DNA of 24,720 nt from Neophaeotheca triangularis (lineage: Eukaryota), in assembly GCA_054600435.1 (NCBI GenBank), contig BAAIJX010000029.1, positions 248,001 to 272,720 on the forward strand, in the 5' to 3' direction. The position numbers and the translations under genes are program-made. Position 1 is the first letter of the stretch; each line of letters opens with the position of its first letter. Below, piece by piece: positions 10,679 to 20,705 of this stretch. The notes under the pieces were generated by a model that saw only the letters and a list, made by a program, of their open reading frames with translations, had not been told where the DNA came from and made no database searches.

Positions 10679-13600
10679 CTAGCCGTCATACTCCAGCGTC
10701 AAACTCGTAGGGATTGGACTTTCCTTCGCATCCTGATCGAGATAATGCCTCATCTTAATCCCAGCCAGATCGTGCTCAACCGTCGTGAACTTCCCCCGGG
10801 GCCCAGGGGCTCTCCGCACATTCTTCAACTTGAACACTTCCCGCAGCGTAGCGGCCAAAGAACACCCGACCAGTCTCGCGCCAAAGCAAAAATGCAGCCC
10901 ATGCCCTAGTAAAATGTAACCTTGCATCGGCCTGTTGGGATCAATCTTCTCCGGATTGGGGAAAGCAACCGGGTCCATGGCAGCTCGCGACGTCGCGATC
11001 AAGACCGTCTGCTGCGCTCTAATTTTCACCGGCCCTCGCGCCCCGTCTTGCAGGGTGACGTCCGACGCGGCGACTCGTGGCAGCCCCGGGACCACACCCG
11101 CATGCCGCATCCCCTCGTACACAAAACCCTGCAGTTCGCGCTCGGCGGCTTCGTCATTGCGATGAGCCAGTTCCACGATGCGCGCCTTGTAGCTCTCATA
11201 CTCCGGGCTGAGATACAAATCCACGAGCAGCGAAGCCTGCTGGGTCAAGTTGCCGGCCACGGGCGCCGCCATGCCGATGCAATCTCCCACCATGTCGCCA
11301 ATCTCCAGTCCGGTGTCCAGCAGGCCCTTGTAGATGCGGTCGGCGTCGGGTTTAACTTGGTAAGCGCTGCCTTTAGCTAGCCAGTCGACAATGGCTTCTT
11401 GGAAACCTTGCTGGGTTTTGAGGTGGGCTTCGTGGATGGAGCGCAGCAAGGGAGCGACTTTCTCCGCGCCCTCGCGCAGTTTCCATTCGTTACTCGGCAT
11501 GATGTTGAAGGATTGGTACATGAAGAGGACGAGGTAGAGTTTGAAGAGTTGTGGGATGGACACTAGACCGCGCGGGTTTTCCATTGTTTTAAGCGGTATG
11601 GCGAACCGCTCGGCGAGCCAGAGGATCGGGACTACGTTCGTGACGTCTCTCACTATGTCGATGGATTTGCGCGGGCTGTTGGGGTAGCTGAGGGATTTCT
11701 GCTTGATCAGGTCGGCTATGTTGAGGGTGAAGAATTTCGAGACGTTCCCCTCGAAGCCTTCCTCGAAGAAGATCTTGTGCAGGGTGCTGGAGCGAGGATC
11801 ATGGCGTTTGGCGTCGTCCCAGCCTATCATGAAGTCGTGACCGTCGGTGCAGTTGCGGATGGCGTGCTGGTACATGGTCCGGAAGGTCTCGCGGTCTTCG
11901 AAGACTGCTTTGCACCCTTCCTGCGTGTGGATGCCGATGATATCCTGGTCGCTGCGAGGACGCTCGAGGTCATATTTCTCGATGGCTTTGTTGCCTTTGA
12001 CAATCTCCTTGGCTGCTTGTGGGGTGTAAAATGGCAAGAGTGCGTAGATTGAAGTGCCGGAGAAGCCACCGGGCATGGCGTTGAAGATGAGTTCCGGCAG
12101 CTTTCCTCCGTAGGCGCCGGGGACGGATTCGCCTATCTTCGAGACTCCCCAGTTGGTGAGCGTAGAACTGTTGAAATCATGGCTCAGGAAACGGTCGCCG
12201 CGGACGAGAGAAACTGCGTCGTCTAAGATACCCCTTCCGGTGGTTTGGCCGGGACATACACCGCTTCCTGGCATTGGAGGTTTAGTGACTTCGGCCATCA
12301 GGCCGGGGTAGAGCTCTAGGTTGTCGATGTGTCCATACAAGAGTTCAGCCGCTCGTGCAGTCTCTTCATCAGGGTTCCATTCCTCGAAGCTTTTGTACGT
12401 TTGGAGATTGAGGTATCGGCGGAATCTAAAATCGAGTCAGCGTTTCGTCGCTAAATTTTGAAGCGTGGAAAGCTCACTCGTTCATCGTGCAGACATTGAA
12501 ATGATTCCGGGCCTGCAGCTGGCCCATAAGATCTACGATTTTCAAACTGGCAGGTGTCCCATGCGCCCCAAAAGCGTGCGCGGGCTCTTCGATGCAGTCT
12601 TTGATCACTTCGGCGAGATCATAATCACTGAATCTGCCGTCCGGCCCCCTCTTCAGATTACCAAAAGTCCACTCTTTGGCTGGGGTGGCGTCGAGTTTGG
12701 CCTTCTGCTTTCCAACAACTTGCATAAAATCTTGCACCGTCACGTCGTCGATGGACCCGAGGTCTGGCCTACTGTCGCGGATGATGCTTTCCATCCAATG
12801 ATCGTCTGCGGCGGACAAGGCAGCATGCCAGTGGTACAAGACGGCGAACTCAACGGAGACCACGTTGCCTGTGCCGCGCTCGATGCGCTTGCCCGAGTCT
12901 TTGATTTCCGCGCCGAGGTCCAGCCACCATTCCGAATCTGCTCGGGGGGTGTTGAGGATGGCTGCTACGTAGTCCTTTAGCACTACGGTGGCGAAGAAGC
13001 CAACGTTGATGTTGCGGGTAATTTGGAAGATGTCTTCGTCTTGTCTGCTCACAATGTCAGCTTCGACTACCCAGAGAATTCAGGCTTGCTGACTTACTTT
13101 GCCTTCTTTTCCTCATTGAGCGCATCCCAGTCCCCATATTTCCCCTCCTCATTCACCGCAAGCAACGACTCGGCAATGTGGTTGTGATTCCTCGAGAACA
13201 GCAACAAGCAGGCGACAACTCCGGGTGGCATCATGATTATCCTGTCCGAAGCAATCGAGTCTGGCCAGATCCTGCCATTCTCGTACTTCCTCACCCGCTT
13301 CTGTTCCTCCGCATTGTTGCCATACAGCGTGCTAAGGTCGACATAACTCGAGGTCTCATTGATCCAGTGTTTCGAGCGATTAGTTTGGAAGCACTCATGA
13401 ATGACAACTGTTGCAAAGGAAAAGAACAACCGATTTAGACCAGAAGGATGTGGTCGGAAAGGGCCCTTGCGTTTGAGAAGATGCTCAAAAACAAGCTCTG
13501 GATCTGGAAGGTTTGGTCCTTTGGCCTTTTTGGGTGCTACATTGCGGGCATATGGCGTGCCTGCTTTGCCCATTTCTGGGTTCCAGAGGTTGTTATTGCT

Positions 13601-13957
13601 GCCATCGGCCGTCCTATACCTGGTTTCGGGGCCAGCGAGCGTGGCGGGTGGATGAGGTAAGTCGTGCCAGAGCATGCCGATGAATTTCCCCGATACCGTC
13701 GACTCGAGGCCGCTATTGGATGGCAAGCCTTGTAGCATTGAGACGGCATTCTCAAGGAGCAGCTCTTTGTCGTCCAGTGGATCGCCCGAAGCCAGAGTTG
13801 TAATGGCATCCTTGACCGTTCCTAGGTCCTCGAAGTCTAGGTTGGCGAGATCATGAATGGCGGAAGTCTCTTCGTCTAGAGGATTGGGGGTCGCCTGTCT
13901 TCCGTTCTTGGTGGGCTTTCGAGTAATGGCGGAGATAAGATCTTTGAGCTGACCCAT
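10679..13957 (-). CDS. ppo: Fatty-acid dioxygenase-cytochrome P450 fusion (Ppo/linoleate diol synthase family), ~1057 aa, exons 13957-13098, 13044-12478, 12425-10679
   Basis: Heme-peroxidase-type DOX motifs YRTADGSNNN, VIHECFQT, SSYVDLSTLYG, EFAVLYHWH, LYGHIDNLELYPG and LVRGDRF. C-terminal P450 has EGMR (ExxR) and GHGLHFCFG. Introns of 53 and 52 nt with GCTGAC branches; exons sum to 3174 nt. Confidence 0.95.
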
Positions 13958-15354
13958 TTTGAAATACCAGCGTGATTATTGGTGTTTCTCCGTTCGTCAG
14001 TCGTCAGCTTTTCGAAGGCTCAAGGAACCTTGGACCTGACAGAGTGTCGCGAGCTTGGAAGAAAAGAGGCAAAAGAAGCAGAAAATTCGTAGACTGACTT
14101 ACTTGATTTATCTTTCTAGGAGATGTCAACGCTCACAGGAACCAGTCAATTCGTCGATCATTGTTATCGCTGGGACTGCTCATGCCCACACTTGAACCTC
14201 ACTCGGCCCTCAGCAAGTTTGATGATTCTTTGATTGGGTCGCTTGCGTTACCAGGACACAGGAGTTCCAACGCATGGATCTGCAGCTATGCCCGCGTCGC
14301 ACACGTCTACTCGCGCCCGAGAGAGACATTGCTGCTGTGCTTTACCGAAACGAGGCACTGCAGGGTTACTCAATGTGGTTCCTCGTGACCACCTCATTCC
14401 CCGTTTAGGACAATCGGAGATTTCATTCTTTCTTATTCGAACGTGCTCGAAAAGCTTGTCGTCATAAGATCTCGAGTTTGGTATTTTTGGAGCCAAGAAG
14501 ATGAAGGCTCAAGCCAATCACTTGTGCAGCCGCAGCTTTCTATGAACTGCAAATGCAGTAGCTCCCTCAACCTCGCAACGTCTGTCGTGGGCCCATCTCG
14601 TGCTGACGGAATTCGCCGCAAGAAGAGGGGTTTGCGTGTCAACGTTGCAAGATTTCGTCTTTAGCTCCTGTCGTGCTCTGGGTAGTGAAACTGATTTAAC
14701 GTATTCAGGTTCGACCTGATATGGGTTAGACTTGGAGAAGTCTTTAAAGTGTCATGGGATGTTGTTCGATTGCCTTGTTGTCGGGGCATTGTTGAGAAAG
14801 TGAGGAGAGAACAAAGTTTCTTGTTAGCACGCGCCGATCCTCTACCGTGCCGCCGTAACGTTACCGCGATTGATCGACGACTGGGATTGACTCGGCCCCG
14901 GTTCGGTTTCGATTGACAAACAGCCTTGGGACCCTAACCAAGTCGTCCAGCGAGAAGACGACACCGAAGCTATGGCATCGGACCCGATTCCACAGACTAT
15001 TGACCGTTGAGCGACGGTCGACTTGAAGGAATAATAATAACTATATCATGACCTGAGAACACGCGCGTGGGGAATACTTCCCGCAAACAGCCAATGCATG
15101 ATGTTTTGCCTGACAGAAGACCAAAGGGTTCCTGGCTGTGTTACTCCCAGAGACTAATTTCAGCTATCTACTGCAGACTGGAAGATAGCTAGAGAAGGAA
15201 CAAAACTCTCGATCAACATTGGAACTCTAGCCATTCCAGCTGCACCTCCTCCCGTTCCTCGTTCGCCTCGGCCTTTTGCCTCCGTAAGACGCACCCTGCC
15301 ACGGTATCGCCTTGTTTCGCAGCCGCAAATTCATCTCGTGCGCAAGATCCAACG

Positions 15355-16908
15355 ATGGATACGGCCACGACTACTGCTTTGCCATGGACGCCGCACCGCT
15401 ATCCTACTCAGCGTGGTCCTTGGAGTGAAAAGATAAACTTGAGCGAGGGAGCCGGTCTTGAAACGATGCAGTCCCCCGACAAGCCAATCCCAGCTGTTAT
15501 TCATGCTGTAAATAACTCTACTCAGTTCAGTCGTCCTGGTCGTTCCCTTGTCATCTGCTTGGACGGTACCGGTGATAAATTCGACATGGACAACAGCAAT
15601 ATCGTCAAGTTGGTCTCCTGTCTGAAGAAAGACGATCCCTCTCAGGTAACCTACTACCAGACGGGAATAGGGACCTACGACGGCTCTGGATTGAAGACTG
15701 GGTTCTCCGCCGCCATCGACATGGCCGTGGGAAGTGGCCTTGGTACTCACATTAGAGACGCCTACCAATTTCTGATGCAAAACTACAAACAGGGTGATCG
15801 CATCTGCTTGTTCGGTTTCAGCAGAGGCTCCTACACTGCTCGTTGCCTGGCCGGGATGCTGCACAAAGTTGGTCTGCTCCCCGCTCACAACGTTGCTCAG
15901 ATCCCTTTTGCCTACGAATTTTACAAAGATTCGAGCGAGCATGGATGGGACATGAGCAGGAAATTCAAGAAGACCTTTTGCATTGATGTAAGCGTGTATT
16001 TTGTCGGGGTCTGGGACTGCGTCGCTAGTGTTGGTTTCATTCCACGGAAACTGCCTTTCGGCTCGACGAGGCATAACAAGATCCGGCACTTCAGACATGC
16101 GATGGCGTTGGATGAACACAGAGCCAAGTTCAAGGTGTGCCATTGGGTGAAGCCCTCGTATCTTGCCGAAAAGTCAAAGGGTGGCGAAGCCGGGGTCATG
16201 AAGCCTACGAAGCCTGATGAAGAAGAAAGAGTTGAAGAGACGGATATCAAGGAGGTCTGGTTTGCGGGAGCGCATGCTGATTGCGGAGGAGGCGCTGTCC
16301 ACAACGACGAGAGGCACATGCTGTCTCGAATACCATTGCGGTGGATGCTGCGCCAGTGTTTCGAGTGTGATACGGGCATTCTCTTCCAGACTGCTCGTCT
16401 TGCGGAATTTGGCCTAGACGTACCTACTCTCTTTCCAAATTACCAGCGTCTACCGAAGCCCAACGTGGGTCCGTCACCCGCCATGCTTGAATCAAAGGAC
16501 CTTGGCACTCTGCCACCCCTATCGACTCGATCAGAAAGCTTCAACATCGTACCTGTTGGCCAGCATGGCGAATTCGCACCTCAAGCACACAACAAGCGCT
16601 CACCACAGCGACCGAATCCTGTACCAGAGCAAGTAGAGGACTTCTTCGACGCCCAGGCACCGATAAACGACCAACTTGTTCTTGCAAAAGCCTGGTGGAT
16701 ATTGGAATTTTGGCCCGTCAAAGTCCCATTCCAGCACGCGGAAACCGAAGAGTGGCAGAAGAACCTCCGCATGAACCTGGGATTGCATCGAGCTGTCAGA
16801 GATGTTGAGCCGATGATGCACTGGACTGTGCAAAAGGGTGTCGAGGAGAAGCGGTATCAGGTGCAAGCAAGAGTAGGGAAGAATGCCTTTTGGAGGAGTA
16901 CTACCTGA
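15355..16908 (+). CDS. DUF2235 / Tle1-like alpha/beta-hydrolase (putative phospholipase), 517 aa, intronless
   Basis: Family motifs LVICLDGT, SNIVKL, YYQTGIGT, LFGFSRGSYTAR (GxSxG nucleophile), GVWDCVASVG, HAMALDEHR and EVWFAGAHADCGGG. The true start could be a downstream Met. Confidence 0.93.
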   Translation: MDTATTTALPWTPHRYPTQRGPWSEKINLSEGAGLETMQSPDKPIPAVIHAVNNSTQFSRPGRSLVICLDGTGDKFDMDNSNIVKLVSCLKKDDPSQVTYYQTGIGTYDGSGLKTGFSAAIDMAVGSGLGTHIRDAYQFLMQNYKQGDRICLFGFSRGSYTARCLAGMLHKVGLLPAHNVAQIPFAYEFYKDSSEHGWDMSRKFKKTFCIDVSVYFVGVWDCVASVGFIPRKLPFGSTRHNKIRHFRHAMALDEHRAKFKVCHWVKPSYLAEKSKGGEAGVMKPTKPDEEERVEETDIKEVWFAGAHADCGGGAVHNDERHMLSRIPLRWMLRQCFECDTGILFQTARLAEFGLDVPTLFPNYQRLPKPNVGPSPAMLESKDLGTLPPLSTRSESFNIVPVGQHGEFAPQAHNKRSPQRPNPVPEQVEDFFDAQAPINDQLVLAKAWWILEFWPVKVPFQHAETEEWQKNLRMNLGLHRAVRDVEPMMHWTVQKGVEEKRYQVQARVGKNAFWRSTT

Positions 16909-17187
16909 TTGTGATGCTTGTTGGACGAATATACCCACTGATAGGTAATTTTCCAGAGCTATAGCATCACCGCGCTTTGACATGACGTGCACTTTGTCCA
17001 TAATTTGAGGTGTTTGAATATTAGGTTCTTTGTTGCAGGCGGATCGATGGGTCAAGATCTGCGACCCAATAATTCGTCATGTTGGCTTTCCCGCCTCCAC
17101 CCCATGATGGATCAACATTACATTACTATTATTGTGCTCCATACCATTACCTCCTCCTATTCGGTCCAGTAAAGCAGGAAGATACCG

Positions 17188-17215
17188 CATGCAGTATTTA
17201 TCATGCAGTATTTAT
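17188..17215. repeat. 14-bp tandem duplication (CATGCAGTATTTAT)x2 upstream of the GMC gene
   Basis: Two perfect adjacent copies at 17188-17201 and 17202-17215. Confidence 0.85.
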
Positions 17216-17418
17216 GTAGTCACATCCACTACGGGGACCAGCCGTCGTGGATCAATCTTTCTTTTTCTTTTTCTTCTCCTTTGCGAGACCTCATAAAACC
17301 CGCCTCTACTTGTCTGGATGAGCACGCCACTGTTGTTCATCTCTCCTATTCGTAGACTGTACAATTATAGTGACAGCTGAGCAGGAGTCGAATTATTTAT
17401 TCCCTCAAAATTGCCGCC

Positions 17419-19364
17419 ATGTACCTTTTATCCATGATACTGGGCCTCTGCGGCGCCGCAATTGGATCCCCAGTCTCTGACAATGTATACGACTTTGCAA
17501 GTACCTCGACAAAAACCATCAGGCTCGACATGGATTGCTGACTTCCCGCGTAGATTGTAGTGGGAGGAGGCACAGCGGGCCTTACCGTGGCCACCCGCTT
17601 GAGCCAAAATCTACCAGACTTCTCAGTGCTCGTAATCGAGGCTGGTCCAGATGGTCGAGATGAGCCAGACATTTACATACCAGGGCGCAGGTCGTCTACT
17701 TTCAACTCGAGGTACGACTGGAACTTCACGTCAACACTACAGCCCTACGCCAACGATCGCGAGTGGGCGCAGAATCGCGGGCATGTTTTGGGAGGGAGTT
17801 CGGCAATCAACCTGCTTGGATACGACAGGGCTGCAAAAGCAGACTTCGACGCCTTCCAAGAGATGGGCAACCCTGGATGGAATTGGTCGACGATGCATTC
17901 TGCAATGGAAGCCGTCGAACACTTCCAGCAAACACCTGCAGAGGGTTCCGCCGGCCTACGAGGCGTAGGCGAAGACGGACCTATCAACTTCTTGGTCAAT
18001 CGCCATTTGCCGCCGCAAAACGAAGCCTACTTTCCTGCCATGGAGAACCTTGGCTTGAATCAATCGTTGGGCTTCCTCGATGGAGATATGTTGGGTTATA
18101 CCCACCACACGAGCAACATCCTCAGAAGCAATTACACTAGGTCCTACAGTACTGCGTTCCTGGCGACTGCACCGCAGAATCTTCACTGGATGGTTGACAC
18201 CATGGTAGCCAAGGTCAACATGGATCAGTTCGGTTGTGCTACTGGTGTAACACTTAAAGACGGCACTGTCCTCAGTGCCGCAAAGGAGGTCATCCTTTCC
18301 GCTGGCACGCTTCAATCACCCCAGCTACTAGAGCTGTCAGGGATAGGCAATGCAACCCTCCTAACTGCTGCCGGCATCGATACGATCATAGATATGCCAT
18401 CCGTGGGCGAGCATCTTGTAAGTCATTACTTGCTAGCGCTTGTTGAGACAGTCAAGCCTTTGGGTCCTGGTGATCATCTTCTTGATAAGAACTGTAGCTG
18501 ACCCCAATGCAGCAAGATCACGTACAAATCTCAACAAACTATCAACTGAAATCAAGCTACATCGGCTACGACGAACTGATGACCAACAGCACTCTCGCAG
18601 CTCAACAACGGGCTCTCTACAACGCCAGCGAGCCCAGTCTGTACGACGCAACCAGCGTCGCCGTCTCCTTCCTGACTTGGGAAATGGCCCTAGGCAACGC
18701 CTCAACCGACCTCATAGCCCTAGCCGAGCTCCAGACAGCCTCGACTCAGAACCTTATTGACCAGGAAAAGCTGCGCAAACTCCACGACCCCACGGCACGA
18801 GTGCCACAACTCGAAGTCCTCCTCTCCAACGGCTACAGCGGATCCAAGGGCTACCCCGACGCCAACTCCCCCCTCTACGGCGAGTCCTTCATCCAGCTGC
18901 TCGCGAGCATCAACCACCCCTTCGCCCGTGGAAGCTCGCACATCAACGTCTCAGACCCGCAAGGCCATCCCGTCTTCGACCCTAGGTATCTCAGCAACGA
19001 CTACGACCTCAACGCCACAGCCGAAGCGGCCAAGTATCTGCGCAAAGTGGCCCAAACGCCGCCGTTCAACCATGTCTGGGTGGACGAGTACGAGCCAGGT
19101 TTCGACGCCGTCTCGACGGATGACGAGTGGGTCGAGTATGTCAAAGCGAGTGCTGGGTCTGTGTGGCATCCGGTGGGAACTTGTGCTATGCTGCCCAAAG
19201 AAGAGGGCGGTGTCGTTAGTCCGGAGTTGAAGGTTTATGGGACGAAGAATTTGAGGGTGGTGGATGCAAGTATCATGCCGATCATGATTTCTGGCCATAT
19301 TCAAACGGCAGTTTACGGTGTCGCTGAGATGGCTGCAAGGATCATCACGGAGAAGTGGTGTTAA
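17419..19364 (+). CDS. Secreted GMC oxidoreductase (CAZy AA3_2-like), ~597 aa, exons 17419-17496, 17554-18417, 18513-19364
   Basis: Signal peptide MYLLSMILGLCGAAIG; FAD motif YDF|IVVGGGTAG; RGHVLGGSSAIN; EVILSAGTLQSPQLLELSGIG; VGEHL|QDH; catalytic His pair WHPVGT and SGHIQT; LRVVDASIMP. Introns are 57 nt (GC-AG) and 95 nt (GT-AG). Confidence 0.94.
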
Positions 19365-19518
19365 TCTAGGAATAGGGTTTCTTGCGGCTCACGTTATCAA
19401 AGCCTCGCTTTTAAATCTCATTCTTCCCCTTCTTTAACCTTGTCGTCATCTTCATGGTCGATGCTATCACTAACCCGGTCCAGGTGTCTGATGACTCTCT
19501 TTCCGCTCTCCTCGCTCT

Positions 19519-19651
19519 CCCCATCCTTACTCTGTTGAAACCCATCTTTACTTCCCTCTTTACTTCCCTCTTGACTCCTGGAGGTTTTTCCTCCTTTGCT
19601 TCCTCCTTTACTTCCTTATCCAATATCTTCTTCACTATATTCCTTTACTAA
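19519..19651. repeat. Pyrimidine-rich dispersed repeat, copy B, with a 12-nt unit TACTTCCCTCTT x2
   Basis: Same orientation as copy A. The last 50 nt match copy A at 41/50 positions by manual alignment, and the 5' part also aligns. Confidence 0.85.
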
Positions 19652-20705
19652 CGCACCTGTCTATTGGTTGAAGTCACCCATTCGCTCAACTAGTAAAGAA
19701 GAGGTCAAGTCTGGTCACGGAGCCAAAGGTTTGCTAGAGGAAATTGTGGGGGCCTTAGCTTCACGCCTCAGGCACACAAAGATTTCACCAAAACGGTCGC
19801 AAGTACCAGTAGACTAGTAGGTCCTTCATGACAACCATTCACTTCTACCTCTAGGTACTCTTCGACCAGTTCATCCTGTGTCTCCATTACCGTATCCGGA
19901 CAATCTTCGATAACCACAGTAGCCCGAGATGAATTGTACTCCGACCACCTATTGCCGTCAGGTACTAGCCGTCGCATCTCGCGGGTTGCGCAAGATGCCC
20001 AAGTGACCCGGATACCCAAAGATACCACCATCTCGTTTCTTACTCGTACTTTCAGAACACTCGCAGTGGATACCATGCAATCGGATGCATTCCGTAGTCG
20101 AATCGCGCGGCTCTCCATAATTGTTGTCCACGGAACCTAGGCCTTTCCGCGTCGAATGGAACAAGACCTGCAAAGATGACCGCCACCATCGCCTCGCCTC
20201 GTATCGCCTCAAAAGTCTGGATTGTCCGGAATCGCGTAGGATTTGGAGAAAAGGGCTAGACGGCTGCGATATAGATTGCAGTGCATCGGCCCAAGTCCCG
20301 ACTATAGAAGGTGGGTGTGCAAGTGTGCCAGTGGTCGGTCCTCGGGGCTTATCACCTTCCCTCTTCGCTCGCTTGCCCAGCATGAGGGGACCATTACACA
20401 TTGCTGTCTGCACACCACCATTGATAGAGCTTCGCCTACCACACCGCCAGGCCGACTCGTCATCTGACCGGGCTTGCTCATTCGTCCTCTTCATCGCATA
20501 TCGCATGTCCAGGCGGGCCGGTTATTAACGGTATCGTTGCGTTCCTGCAGCTTCTCGGCTCAATGCATTTCGAGTGCAAAGGCGCAAACAATCTGGCCAT
20601 GTGGTCGTGTGCGACTGCTCTGGGGTATATTAGATGGTCGTTTGGCCGTCCGACGATCAGCTGCTCCTCCAAGCAGTATCCCCATTTTCGAAGAAATTCA
20701 ACACC

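Noticed and set aside
15331..16143. 270-aa ORF antisense to DUF2235
   Set aside because: Shadow ORF of a well-supported coding strand.
17419..19364. GMC oxidase as the H2O2 donor activating the Ppo heme
   Set aside because: The GMC enzyme has a signal peptide and the Ppo does not, so they are probably in different compartments. Oxidase versus dehydrogenase activity cannot be read from sequence.
19768..20506. Overlapping minus-strand ORFs (182 and 116 aa), a possible pseudogene next to repeat copy B
   Set aside because: No recognisable motif; a tBLASTn/HHpred search would be needed to support it.
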